The notes beneath the pieces were generated by a model. The model was not told the origin of the DNA. It saw only the letters and a list, made by a program, of their open reading frames with translations, and did not search any database. The position numbers and the translations under genes are program-made. A stretch of 64,000 nt of DNA from Bdellovibrio sp. (GTDB lineage Bacteria > Bdellovibrionota > Bdellovibrionia > Bdellovibrionales > Bdellovibrionaceae), in the NCBI GenBank assembly GCA_036676395.1, contig JAKFCY010000003.1:64001-128000 (forward strand), in the 5' to 3' direction. Within the stretch, counting starts at the first letter, position 1, and every line of letters begins with the position of its first letter. Positions 9,104-18,681 of the stretch are shown in pieces.

Positions 9104-10051
9104 GTGTCTATGCAAATCCTTCTGTGTTTTATATTCGTTATTTTAAATGCGGCTGTTTCTTTCTCTGCCGATTTAATACAATCTCAATATGCTAGCATCG
9201 CAAAAATTCAATCGAATCTTCTTAAAGGGTTAAGCGCTCCTGGTGGCATAGGCACGGGAGTTCTTCTTGAGAAAAATCATGGTTTTGTGCTTACGAATAT
9301 TCACGTGATCGTTACTTGCTTTGATGCCCTTGGCGAAACCAATCCATGGCAGCCTTCGAATACAGTCGTTGGCAAAATCTGTCCACTAAGCACCTTGAAT
9401 ATTATTTTTCCAAATGTAGATGGCATGGCTAGTACAGCTGAAGCAAAAATTATAGCGATTGGAAATCCCGCTCACCTTGGGACTAATAGCCTGCTTAATG
9501 ATTGGGTTATTCTGCAAATCAATCCAGCCATAGTTAAAAATATTCCTGTTCTTAAAGCTTTTTCGCGCGAATTAATCCCCGGCGAAAGCATTCATTTCGC
9601 CGGATTTCCTGCAGCTCCGGTCGGAGAAAAACTAGCGAATACCCCAGGATTTTACTCAAGCGCAGGTCAAATTTTATCTTCGTCTTATGCCTCTGAAGTA
9701 TCGAAATCAATTTACGAATCACTTAATTTATCAGAGGCCAATTTTAATTCTCTGAGAGACTATACACTGAATAATTTATTTAATAACACGAGTGTCTTTT
9801 TTCACGATGCCCTGATCATCGGCGGCTACAGCGGCAGTCCCGTTTTTGATCAGTCTGGCATCATGGTGGGAATAATTTTTGGCAATGCAAGCGCTTGGGA
9901 TTATAATTTCGGTGAATACCCTGCGGCTCTTGGCGCTGATGCCAGCAATCCATCTAAACCCGCAAACAAACTTTCAACTGGAGTTCTTTTAAAATCCATT
10001 TGCGAACATTTATCTGTGGATATTAAATCTCTAATTAATTTTTGCTATTAA
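9104..10051 (+). CDS. Secreted trypsin-like (S1) serine protease
   Basis: Signal peptide; GTGVLL, LTNIHV (His), NDWVILQ (Asp), GGYSGSPVF (Ser). Confidence 0.88.
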   Translation: MSMQILLCFIFVILNAAVSFSADLIQSQYASIAKIQSNLLKGLSAPGGIGTGVLLEKNHGFVLTNIHVIVTCFDALGETNPWQPSNTVVGKICPLSTLNIIFPNVDGMASTAEAKIIAIGNPAHLGTNSLLNDWVILQINPAIVKNIPVLKAFSRELIPGESIHFAGFPAAPVGEKLANTPGFYSSAGQILSSSYASEVSKSIYESLNLSEANFNSLRDYTLNNLFNNTSVFFHDALIIGGYSGSPVFDQSGIMVGIIFGNASAWDYNFGEYPAALGADASNPSKPANKLSTGVLLKSICEHLSVDIKSLINFCY

Positions 10052-10532
10052 GAATTTCTTTGATACGAACTTTTAGTTTTTCGATATCAAAAGGTTTTTT
10101 GATATAATCGTCGGCGCCAACTTCGCGGCCTTTTTGCAGATCTTCTTCTTCAGCCGATGCCGATAAGAAAATTAATGGAATATGTTTTAGTTCGCGGTGT
10201 TCTTTAAGCATTTGCGCTAATTCAAAACCGTTCACCCAAGGTAAACCCACATCCATAATAATAAAATGCACTTCGATGTCTTCGTCTAATAACGCCGTCA
10301 ATTGCGGAGCATCAGCTGCTAATTTAACTTGGTAGCCATCTGATTCTAAAATTCTTTTTAATGAAGTACGTTGAGTTTCTTCATCCTCGATCACTAAGAT
10401 CGTTGTCGGATGAAGTTTGTTCTGAGCATCACGAAACTGATCTAAGGCCACGACTTCCTGACCAGCAATACGTTGCTTAGTCAGTTTTTCGATTTTGCGG
10501 ATTAAATCAGAGGTGCTTAATTTTTTAGTCAT
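10035..10532 (-). CDS. Single-domain response regulator with N-terminal extension
   Basis: ILVIEDE, IIMDVGLPWVNG, FLSA, GADDYIKKPF. Confidence 0.92.
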   Translation of the reverse strand: MTKKLSTSDLIRKIEKLTKQRIAGQEVVALDQFRDAQNKLHPTTILVIEDEETQRTSLKRILESDGYQVKLAADAPQLTALLDEDIEVHFIIMDVGLPWVNGFELAQMLKEHRELKHIPLIFLSASAEEEDLQKGREVGADDYIKKPFDIEKLKVRIKEILNSKN

Positions 10533-10548
10533 GTGCTTCCTTAGAGTC

Positions 10549-11490
10549 CTATACGTGCTGTGCTTCTAACCATCTTTCGCAATCAATTGCTGCCATACAA
10601 CCTGTACCGGCTGCAGTAATTGCTTGGCGGTATACAGAATCCTGCACATCGCCCGCGGCAAACACACCATCAATATTCGTGTATGTGGTGCCTGGTTTTG
10701 TCTTGATATATCCCACATCATTTAGCTCTAGCAGTCCATTAAAAAGCTTGGTATTAGGCTGATGTCCAATAGCTACGAACAAACCTTGCAGGTTCTTAGT
10801 CGTAACATCACCTGTCTTAGTTGATTTCAGACGAAGTCCAGTCACAGATTTACCGTCACCGATCACTTCTTCAACCACAGTATTCATAATAAATTCAATT
10901 TTAGGATTAGCTTTAGCGCGATCTAACATGATTTTAGAAGCTTTGAAATTTTCGCTTCTGTGAATCACATAAACTTTAGTCGCAAAACGAGTTAAGAAAT
11001 TAGCTTCTTCCATTGCCGTATCACCGCCGCCAACAACCGCTACTTCAACGTTTTTGAAAAACGCCCCATCACAAGTTGCGCAGGCTGATACGCCGCGGTT
11101 CATGTATTGTTTTTCGCTTGGTAAACCAATGTATTTCGCACTGGCACCCGTCGAGATAATAATTGAATTCGTTAAGTGCACATCGTTGCCAACATGAACT
11201 TTAAATGGTTTAGCTGAACAATCTACTTTAGTGACGTTACGAGTGATGTAGCGAGTTCCAAAACGCTCTGCTTGCTTGCGCATAACTGCAACTAGTTCAG
11301 GACCAGTTACACCATGAGCAAAACCGGGAAAGTTTTCAACTTCAGTTGTAATCATTAACTGACCACCGGCTTCTTCGCCTTCGATCATTAAAGGATTTAG
11401 ATTTGCACGAGCCGTATAAACCGCTGCCGTTAAGCCTGCTGGGCCCGAACCGATGATAATTACATTTTCAACTTTTTGTGCTTCTGACAT
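10549..11490 (-). CDS. trxB: Thioredoxin-disulfide reductase
   Basis: GSGPAG, CATCDG, GGGDTAMEEA, AAGDVQD..YRQAITAAG; start placed at MSEAQ after SD GGAG. Confidence 0.97.
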   Translation of the reverse strand: MSEAQKVENVIIIGSGPAGLTAAVYTARANLNPLMIEGEEAGGQLMITTEVENFPGFAHGVTGPELVAVMRKQAERFGTRYITRNVTKVDCSAKPFKVHVGNDVHLTNSIIISTGASAKYIGLPSEKQYMNRGVSACATCDGAFFKNVEVAVVGGGDTAMEEANFLTRFATKVYVIHRSENFKASKIMLDRAKANPKIEFIMNTVVEEVIGDGKSVTGLRLKSTKTGDVTTKNLQGLFVAIGHQPNTKLFNGLLELNDVGYIKTKPGTTYTNIDGVFAAGDVQDSVYRQAITAAGTGCMAAIDCERWLEAQHV

Positions 11491-11571
11491 ATAAACTCCA
11501 CTCAAATATTCACTCTAGATGGTAAAGTTTATCGAATCTAATTGATAGACAAAAGAGATAACGCCTATTGG

Positions 11572-12195
11572 TTAATTTAGAGAATCAATCAGCTGCAAAG
11601 CTACATTTTCAGCAGACTCAGCTAGACCCTGCTGACGAGGCCAGCTCAATGCAGGCAGCATGTCAGTTTCGATATAACCAGGCGAAAATAAGTCGATTTT
11701 GAACACAGTTTTGTTTTCTGCCTGCAGAGTTGCAATTAAACCTTTCAAGGCATGTTTTGCTGCGCAATAACTAGCCGCCCCTGGGTCTGGTTTATTTTCG
11801 GCAACCGCCGAACCCACGACCACAAACTTTTTTAAACTATCAGGAGGTGTTTGCATTAAAGAATGTAGAAGCTGAGCCGGAAATAAAAAACTTACATTCA
11901 GCGCCCACTGATGATCAGCCCATTTTTTATCTTGAAAATTTCCGTACGGTCCACCAGCGGCAAAATAAATAATTGTCGTTGGTTTAAAATCAGAAACCTG
12001 TGTTAAAAATTCTGCCGTTAACTCTTTGGCGAAATCAAACTTGAAAGATTGATAATTGCCTTCAGCAATTTTACGCGACACTAATAAAAATTTTGCGGCA
12101 GGATATTTTTTAGCTAACGCCTGATAGGTCGCATGGCCCAGCCCGCGGCTAGCACCCAGCAAAATAAATTTGTGCGCTGAACGATCTTCATTCAT
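11572..12195 (-). CDS. Short-chain dehydrogenase/reductase
   Basis: LGASRGLG Rossmann motif; YCAAK catalytic motif; start placed at MNEDR to avoid overlap with the divergent gene. Confidence 0.85.
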   Translation of the reverse strand: MNEDRSAHKFILLGASRGLGHATYQALAKKYPAAKFLLVSRKIAEGNYQSFKFDFAKELTAEFLTQVSDFKPTTIIYFAAGGPYGNFQDKKWADHQWALNVSFLFPAQLLHSLMQTPPDSLKKFVVVGSAVAENKPDPGAASYCAAKHALKGLIATLQAENKTVFKIDLFSPGYIETDMLPALSWPRQQGLAESAENVALQLIDSLN

Positions 12196-12206
12196 ACTTT
12201 TCTTAT

Positions 12207-12482
12207 ATGCCAACTCTATCAATTCCACAAAAGAATTTGGAAATCTCCGTTGCCGACGGAAAAAACCTCATGGATGCGCTGATCGAAGCAGGTTTACCAG
12301 TAGCTTCAAGCTGCCACGGCGACGGCATTTGTTCAAAATGCGCCGTTTTAATGACTCCACAAGGAACCCGCTCTGAACTGGAAATCAAAACTGCCCAGCG
12401 CAATAAATTACCAGACATCATGCGTTTAAGTTGTCAGGTTTTTATCGATAAAGACTTAACAGTAGCCACAACTTACTGGTAA
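12207..12482 (+). CDS. 2Fe-2S ferredoxin
   Basis: SCHGDGICSKC ... RLSCQ. Confidence 0.92.
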   Translation: MPTLSIPQKNLEISVADGKNLMDALIEAGLPVASSCHGDGICSKCAVLMTPQGTRSELEIKTAQRNKLPDIMRLSCQVFIDKDLTVATTYW

Positions 12483-12492
12483 ACATTTTCGC

Positions 12493-13113
12493 ATGAATAA
12501 ATTATCGTTAAATGTAAAAGACCTCGAGCAGTTACTGCCGATCATGAAGAAAAATTCTTTGGCCACAGTGATTGCCTATGCTGATAACCAGCTTGTGACC
12601 TGCCCGTTGCCATTAGTGTCTGAATTTAAAGATAATAAGCTGACTATTTACGGCCACCTATCAACGCGCAACCCTTTAGCAAAACATTTAAAAATCGCCT
12701 CTGAAATTACCATTTTATTTCATGGTCCGAATACTTATATCAACTCAAGTTGGTACCAAGTCGATGACGTTTCAACATGGAATTATATCACCGTACAAGC
12801 CTCTGGAAAACCCGCAACTCACGAAGATCACGCCTCACTCATTGATATTTTAAAAAAGACTACTGCTTTAGCGAATGAAAACTATGCCGATCAATGGGAT
12901 TTTAATATTCCGTCAGATTTACAGAGCGAAAGTGAATTAGAAGCAGCCATCATGGGATTTTCTTTAACGCCGACAAATATTTCTGGTCGCTTTAAATTAA
13001 GCCAATCAAAATCTGCAGCTGATCAACGCAACATTATTGCCGAATTAGAAAAAAGAACCGATTCAGCTAGCCACCAAATCGGCGAATTCATGACGAAAAA
13101 CTTTAAAGACTAA
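12493..13113 (+). CDS. PaiB-family FMN-binding split-barrel protein
   Basis: YGHLSTRNP, FHGPNTYINSSWY, STWNY, FKLSQ. Confidence 0.85.
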   Translation: MNKLSLNVKDLEQLLPIMKKNSLATVIAYADNQLVTCPLPLVSEFKDNKLTIYGHLSTRNPLAKHLKIASEITILFHGPNTYINSSWYQVDDVSTWNYITVQASGKPATHEDHASLIDILKKTTALANENYADQWDFNIPSDLQSESELEAAIMGFSLTPTNISGRFKLSQSKSAADQRNIIAELEKRTDSASHQIGEFMTKNFKD

Positions 13114-13173
13114 TTTTAGGTCTTAAGCCAGAAGTTGACCATCATCAGGGCGCGACATAAATTCAAACTTCTT

Positions 13174-13539
13174 CTACTGAACAGCGCACTCAAATCCAAT
13201 AATGTTTCCAATTGGATCTTGAATTTGTAAAATAGTTCTTTGAATTTCAGAAACTACGAGTGGGCCTCGATAGACTTTACCACCGAGGGATTCTGCTTTC
13301 TTTACTAAAGCATCTAAATCATCAACCAGCCAATATCCTACTGCTCCACCCGTTGATAAAGGATTTTTCAGATCTGGCACAGTGATATCAAAACAAGTTT
13401 GGCCAATTTTAAAAGAAACAAAATTTTCTGAATCTTCCAGCGGTTCTATTCCTAAAAAAGCTTTATACCAATCACGGCTCTTCTGAATGTCATCTGAAAA
13501 AATACGAATTGTCGAAAATTCTTTAATATAAAAACTCAT
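13174..13539 (-). CDS. VOC/glyoxalase-family protein
   Basis: DIQKSRDWYKAFLG, VDDLDA, DPIGNIIG. Confidence 0.88.
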   Translation of the reverse strand: MSFYIKEFSTIRIFSDDIQKSRDWYKAFLGIEPLEDSENFVSFKIGQTCFDITVPDLKNPLSTGGAVGYWLVDDLDALVKKAESLGGKVYRGPLVVSEIQRTILQIQDPIGNIIGFECAVQ

Positions 13540-13548
13540 GATAAATTC

Positions 13549-14109
13549 CTATTTTGTGTTGCGAAATTTTAACCAGTCTTCTTTTTTTAGTTCCCAAACT
13601 TCATGCTCAGTCAATTTTGGATCAACAAATTTAGCAGGCTCTACCCCAATCAGGCGACAGCCGGTTTTTTCTTTCACACGGCGCGAAGCTGTATTACCCA
13701 CCGCATTTGCAAAACACAGAACCAAAAATCCTAACTCGTTAAAGGCATAATCCATCACTGGCGCAACAGCTTCAGTCATGATGCCTTTTCCCCAATGCTG
13801 TCGGCTTAACCAGAAGCCACGATTTTCAGGTTTTCCCGGGCGCCAAAGATCAACACAGCCAATAAGTTCATTCGGATTTTCTTTTAGAAAAATGCCCCAC
13901 ACCCAACGGTTCTTTCCCTGATTGGGTATCACAAGATTTTTTAAAAAACTTAAAGAGCCATCATCCGGGTAAGGCCACGGTACAAAATGAGATAAATGAC
14001 GAATCACTTCATAATCATGAAAGTGCTTTTGCCAATCCGAAGCATGAGCTTCTATGGCTTCGCGAAGAATTAATCTTTTAGTTTCTAAAGTCGGAAGAGT
14101 ACTCATCAT
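13549..14109 (-). CDS. GNAT N-acetyltransferase (RimJ/RimL type)
   Basis: LETKRLILR, GFWLSRQHWGKGIMTEA, NTASRRVKEKTG. Confidence 0.9.
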   Translation of the reverse strand: MMSTLPTLETKRLILREAIEAHASDWQKHFHDYEVIRHLSHFVPWPYPDDGSLSFLKNLVIPNQGKNRWVWGIFLKENPNELIGCVDLWRPGKPENRGFWLSRQHWGKGIMTEAVAPVMDYAFNELGFLVLCFANAVGNTASRRVKEKTGCRLIGVEPAKFVDPKLTEHEVWELKKEDWLKFRNTK

Positions 14110-14203
14110 AATTGAGCTTAAGCGTGCCCTCGCGAGCTGGCAAATTTATACCTTACTCTTGCTGCGTGCTGGCTAGGTTATTTATCACGACCCACTAATG
14201 CCA

Positions 14204-14269
14204 CTCTGTATTTGGGTTTACACTTTTTAATGCCTGGATCCTGACAAAACTGTAAACCCAAATACAGAG
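14204..14269. repeat. Perfect 19-bp intergenic inverted repeat with 28-nt spacer
   Basis: CTCTGTATTTGGGTTTACA (14204-14222) / TGTAAACCCAAATACAGAG (14251-14269). Confidence 0.9.
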
Positions 14270-14337
14270 CGAAAATTAACGATCTAGATTAACAATCCAA
14301 GATGGTGCCAAAAATTGAATTCTAAAATTTTTAAAAA

Positions 14338-15084
14338 TTAATCTTTAATTAAACGAATGTAATTAATTTCGATACCTTGCTTAGTAAAGATTTTTTCAAA
14401 TCCTGTGGCAAAGTTTTCGTCTTTATACTTATTATTTTCACCGTATAAATTCAAAGTTTGAAATTCAATGCGGTATTTAGAAGCTTTGATTTCTTCTAAA
14501 GCCCATAAGAAATACTCTCTAGAGTCTGTTTTAAAATCTAAAAAATTACCCGGGCGTTGCATATCAAAAAGCCAGTCTAAGATAATACGATTTACGACGC
14601 GGTTTTTTGGTTTGTGCGGCGAAGTCCATGGATCAGGAAAATGAATAAACACGTTATTCACTTCATTTTTTTCAAATAATAAATCTAAGTTAAACGCGTG
14701 GTACCTGCAGATGGCCGCATTTTTACCACCGCCCATGCGAGCACGGCGAATCGATTGAATTAATGGTTTATATTTTAATTCTAAGCCCACAAGCAGGCGT
14801 TCTGGATAACGAGTTACCCAGTGCGCGAAGTGATGGCCTGCGCCGGTTCCGATTTCAATATCCATCGGGTGCGTATCAGCCACTTTAAAAACCTGGCTGC
14901 GCCATTTGCCTTTGTTTTCTGGAGAACGCTCTTCATTAAACGCGAAATCTTTGTACTCGTTATCCAAAGCCAGAGAATACTCGGTTGGTTTTGGTAAGGT
15001 GCGAGTTAAATTAATGATCGGACGTTTAAGCACTTTAACGTGTTTAAAGTAATCGACTTTATCAAATTTTTCGGTTTGTTCCAT
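14338..15084 (-). CDS. trmB: tRNA (guanine-N7)-methyltransferase
   Basis: IEIGTGAG, FPDPW, KTDSREY, TGFE motifs. Confidence 0.9.
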   Translation of the reverse strand: MEQTEKFDKVDYFKHVKVLKRPIINLTRTLPKPTEYSLALDNEYKDFAFNEERSPENKGKWRSQVFKVADTHPMDIEIGTGAGHHFAHWVTRYPERLLVGLELKYKPLIQSIRRARMGGGKNAAICRYHAFNLDLLFEKNEVNNVFIHFPDPWTSPHKPKNRVVNRIILDWLFDMQRPGNFLDFKTDSREYFLWALEEIKASKYRIEFQTLNLYGENNKYKDENFATGFEKIFTKQGIEINYIRLIKD

Positions 15085-15108
15085 AGACAGCCTTATCGCA
15101 TAAGCGAC

Positions 15109-16110
15109 TTAAGCTGTCTTTTTATTTTTGTCGAAAAGTGCAATAACTGAAGACTTTTCAAGTTTATGTAAACGGTCAAAACTAGGATCATAACAAACCA
15201 CGCGGTTACGGCCTTGGTGTTTAGCTTCGTATAAAGCAGAATCTGCTCTACGCACGAGTTCTTTGGCCGAAATAGAGACCGATGGGTCGCCATCGTAAGT
15301 GGCAAATCCAATCGATAAAGTTAATTTAATTGAGTCAGGGCCTGAGCTAAAGGTGTGTTGCTCAACGCGATTACGTAGCTTTTCGCAGAAAAAGCCAACA
15401 CCAGATAGCGGAATTTCTGACAACACGATTAAAAATTCATCACCGCCGTAGCGGGCCGGAATATCCACGGTACGTGTGTTTTGGCGAATAATTTTACCCA
15501 CTTCAGAAATAACAAAACTTCCGAATAAATGATCATGCCCGTCGTTCACAGATTTAAATTTATCCATGTCGATCATAATCACTGTCACTGGGCGAATAAA
15601 ACGTTGTGCGCGTTCAATTTCAAATTCTAATTTTTGGTATAACGATCGCGTATTAAATAACCCGGTAAGGTCATCAATCTCGATCATTTCTTGTAATTTT
15701 TGATTCGAAGCCATGAGCTCTTCTTGCATATCACGCATGCGTAATTGCGTCCGAACACGGGCTAAAAATTCCATAGGAACAAATGGCGAACTGATAAAAT
15801 CAGAAGCCCCTAAATCTAAAAATTGCGTGATTTTCTCAGTCGTTGGATTCGTTGAAACTACCAACACTGGAACTTTTTGTAAGGTCGAAAACAGATTGTT
15901 TACGAAAATAAAGCCATTACCTTCAGCAAAATCCGGATCTAAAATAATTAATTGCGGGCGCAGATAGTTTAACGCTTCAGTCGCTTCTTTTTCAGAAGTA
16001 AAGCCATGAACATCGTAGCCTTCCCAACGAAGGGGTTCCACCATCAGTTCAAGCGTTGTTGGGTCCTCGTCTAGTACTAAAATTGGCCTCTGTTTTGGAT
16101 CCTTTTTCAT
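15109..16110 (-). CDS. REC-GGDEF dinucleotide cyclase with Hypr (cGAMP-synthase) signature
   Basis: N-terminal receiver domain; DDLTGL, DMDKFK, NDGHDHLFGS (Ser in place of the usual Asp), RTVD I-site, RYGGDEF. Confidence 0.9.
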   Translation of the reverse strand: MKKDPKQRPILVLDEDPTTLELMVEPLRWEGYDVHGFTSEKEATEALNYLRPQLIILDPDFAEGNGFIFVNNLFSTLQKVPVLVVSTNPTTEKITQFLDLGASDFISSPFVPMEFLARVRTQLRMRDMQEELMASNQKLQEMIEIDDLTGLFNTRSLYQKLEFEIERAQRFIRPVTVIMIDMDKFKSVNDGHDHLFGSFVISEVGKIIRQNTRTVDIPARYGGDEFLIVLSEIPLSGVGFFCEKLRNRVEQHTFSSGPDSIKLTLSIGFATYDGDPSVSISAKELVRRADSALYEAKHQGRNRVVCYDPSFDRLHKLEKSSVIALFDKNKKTA

Positions 16111-16117
16111 AGATAAC

Positions 16118-16144
16118 TTATCGACACTAAAACGAACTTTCTAG
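16118..16144 (-). promoter_or_regulatory. Possible sigma28 promoter (leaderless) of the GGDEF gene
   Basis: GTCGATAA ending 7 nt before ATG; -35 region weak (CTAGA). Confidence 0.4.
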
Positions 16145-16241
16145 AGACAAACCGCACCATTTTTTCGCAGTTTTTTAACAATTCTTCTCATTATGAGATT
16201 TTAGAGATAGTGTGGTGTCTAGCCGGAGGCTAGCATTAACT

Positions 16242-18623
16242 ATGAAACACAACGAAATCGAATCAAAATGGCAACAGGCCTGGACTAAAGCGCAAGCTTA
16301 CAAGGCTGACAACAACTCGACCAAACCAAAATATTACGCGCTCGATATGTTCCCTTACCCGTCTGGATCAGGTTTACATATGGGTCACATCGCATCTTAC
16401 ACGCCAACAGATATTGTTTCTCGTTATAAAAGAGCGATGGGTTTTAATGTGTTACACCCTATGGGATACGATGCTTTCGGTTTGCCGGCAGAACAATACG
16501 CCATTCAAACTGGTGTGCATCCGGCGATCACGACGCAAAAATCAATCGAGAGTTTCAGAGCCACCCTTCAGCGCTATGGATTTAGCTTTGACTGGTCTCG
16601 CGAAATTTCAACTTGCGATGAAAGCTATTACAAATGGACTCAATTTATCTTCTTAAAACTTTTTGAAAAAGGTTTAGCTTACCAAAAAGAAGTTCCGGTA
16701 AACTGGTGCCCGGCTTTAAAAACTGTTTTAGCCAACGATGAAGTCATTGATGGCAAATCAGAGCGCGGTGGTCACCCCGTCATCCGTAAACCAATGAAGC
16801 AGTGGATGTTAAAAATCACTGACTATGCAGAACGTTTACTAAATGACTTAGATAAAATCGACTGGCCAGAGCGCACCAAAGAAGCGCAACGTAACTGGAT
16901 CGGTAAATCTGAAGGTGCAGTTGTAAAATTTAAAGTTAAAAATTCTGAAGCAGACTTTGAAATCTTCACGACCCGCCCAGACACTATGTTTGGCGTGACG
17001 TTTATGGTGCTGGCTCCAGAACATCCCTTGGTTAAAAAATTAACTTCGGGCGTGCAAGCTAAAGATGTGGCTGATTATATCGAAGCTTCGGCTAAAAAAT
17101 CTGAAGTGGATCGTAAAGCCAATACTGAAAAAACTGGCGTCTTCACTGGTGGTTTTGCGGTAAACCCTGTCACTGGCAAAGATATTCCGGTATGGATTGC
17201 TGATTACGTGATGATGGATTACGGAACTGGCGCGATCATGGCGGTTCCTGGACACGACGAGCGCGATTTTGAATTCGCGACCCAGTTTAAAATCCCGGTT
17301 GTTAGGGTTTTAGAATCAGAAACTGAATTGCCTTTCACTGGTGAAGGGCAATTAACAAATTCTGATTTCTTGAATGGCTTAACAAAAACTGAAGCCATTA
17401 AAAAGATGAATAATTATCTTGAAGAAAAAGGGTTGGGTAAAAAACAAGTTCAGTACAAGCTGCGCGATTGGTTATTTTCACGCCAACGTTACTGGGGTGA
17501 ACCGTTTCCGGTTTACCATGAAGATGGTCAAATCAAACCTGTACCATTAAATGAACTGCCGGTGGTTTTACCACAAGTGGCAAATTACGAACCTTCTGAT
17601 TCTGGAGAATCTCCGCTAGCGAATAATGAAGAATGGCTACCTTATAAAAACGGGCGCCGAGAAACAGACACTATGCCTGGGGCTGCGGGCTCTTCATGGT
17701 ATTTCTTGCGCTACGCTGATCCACATAATACGACTGCGCCATTTTCTGCTGAAGCGATCAAGTACTGGTTACCAGTAGATCTTTATGTGGGCGGCGCCGA
17801 ACATACCGTAGGTCATTTATTATATTCACGTTTTTGGACGAAGGTGCTTTTTGATGTCGGCTTATGTTCTGTTGATGAACCGTTTAAAAAATTGGCTCAC
17901 CAAGGAATGATTTTAGGGCCAGATGGTGAAAAAATGTCAAAATCACGCGGCAATGTGATTCCTGCCGATGATGTGGCCAAAGAAACTGGCGTTGATGCTT
18001 TACGCTGTTACGTTAGCTTCTTGGGGCCAATGGATAAAGATAAACCTTGGTCAGAAACCGGCATCGATGGCGTTCGCAGATTTTTAGACCGCCTTCAACG
18101 TTTGGCCGTCAACGAGCAAACTGGCGAAGTGATCGCTACAGATGCCGCTATGCCTGCAGAAGTTGAAAAATTATTACACAAAACGATCAAAAAAGTTTCG
18201 CAAGATATCGAAGCATTAAATTTCAACACTTGCATCAGCTCGATGATGATTTTGGTCAACGAACTTTATAAATACGAATGCCGATCGAAAAAAGCGTTGT
18301 TGCCATTAGCCCAATTATTACAGCCATTTGCTCCGCATATCGCTGAAGAAATCTGGCATTTATTAGATGGCGCAGGTTTAGTCGTGACGGCTCCGTGGCC
18401 AAAATTCGACCCAGCACTTTGCCAAGACGACACAGTTACCATGGGCGTTCAAGTGAACGGAAAAATGCGTGGCACGGTAGAACTAGCTGTAGCCGCTGAC
18501 GAAGCCACTGCGGTGGCCGAGGCGCTAAAAATCGCTGCTGTAGCTCAAGCCCTAAACGGGGCCCAGCCAGCAAAAGTGATTTACAAAGCGGGCAAAATTT
18601 TAAATCTAATCGCCGGTAAATAA
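16242..18623 (+). CDS. leuS: Leucine--tRNA ligase
   Basis: MFPYPSG.GLHMGH, FTTRPDT, GTGAIMAVPGHDERD, KMSKS, VQVNGK. Confidence 0.98.
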   Translation: MKHNEIESKWQQAWTKAQAYKADNNSTKPKYYALDMFPYPSGSGLHMGHIASYTPTDIVSRYKRAMGFNVLHPMGYDAFGLPAEQYAIQTGVHPAITTQKSIESFRATLQRYGFSFDWSREISTCDESYYKWTQFIFLKLFEKGLAYQKEVPVNWCPALKTVLANDEVIDGKSERGGHPVIRKPMKQWMLKITDYAERLLNDLDKIDWPERTKEAQRNWIGKSEGAVVKFKVKNSEADFEIFTTRPDTMFGVTFMVLAPEHPLVKKLTSGVQAKDVADYIEASAKKSEVDRKANTEKTGVFTGGFAVNPVTGKDIPVWIADYVMMDYGTGAIMAVPGHDERDFEFATQFKIPVVRVLESETELPFTGEGQLTNSDFLNGLTKTEAIKKMNNYLEEKGLGKKQVQYKLRDWLFSRQRYWGEPFPVYHEDGQIKPVPLNELPVVLPQVANYEPSDSGESPLANNEEWLPYKNGRRETDTMPGAAGSSWYFLRYADPHNTTAPFSAEAIKYWLPVDLYVGGAEHTVGHLLYSRFWTKVLFDVGLCSVDEPFKKLAHQGMILGPDGEKMSKSRGNVIPADDVAKETGVDALRCYVSFLGPMDKDKPWSETGIDGVRRFLDRLQRLAVNEQTGEVIATDAAMPAEVEKLLHKTIKKVSQDIEALNFNTCISSMMILVNELYKYECRSKKALLPLAQLLQPFAPHIAEEIWHLLDGAGLVVTAPWPKFDPALCQDDTVTMGVQVNGKMRGTVELAVAADEATAVAEALKIAAVAQALNGAQPAKVIYKAGKILNLIAGK

Positions 18624-18627
18624 TTTA

Positions 18628-18677
18628 TTGCACCCCCCTAAAAAAACTGTATAAAAAAGTATTAATTTTTTAGGGGG
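18628..18677 (+). promoter_or_regulatory. Sigma70-like promoter nested in a 12-bp inverted repeat that includes the speA SD
   Basis: TTGCAC-N16-TATAAA; arms CCCCCTAAAAAA (18634-18645) / TTTTTTAGGGGG (18666-18677). Confidence 0.6.
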
Positions 18678-18681
18678 TTTC

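Noticed and set aside
14204..14269. Integron attC site
   Set aside because: No RYYYAAC/GTTRRRY boundaries at the arm ends, no integrase and no second similar site.
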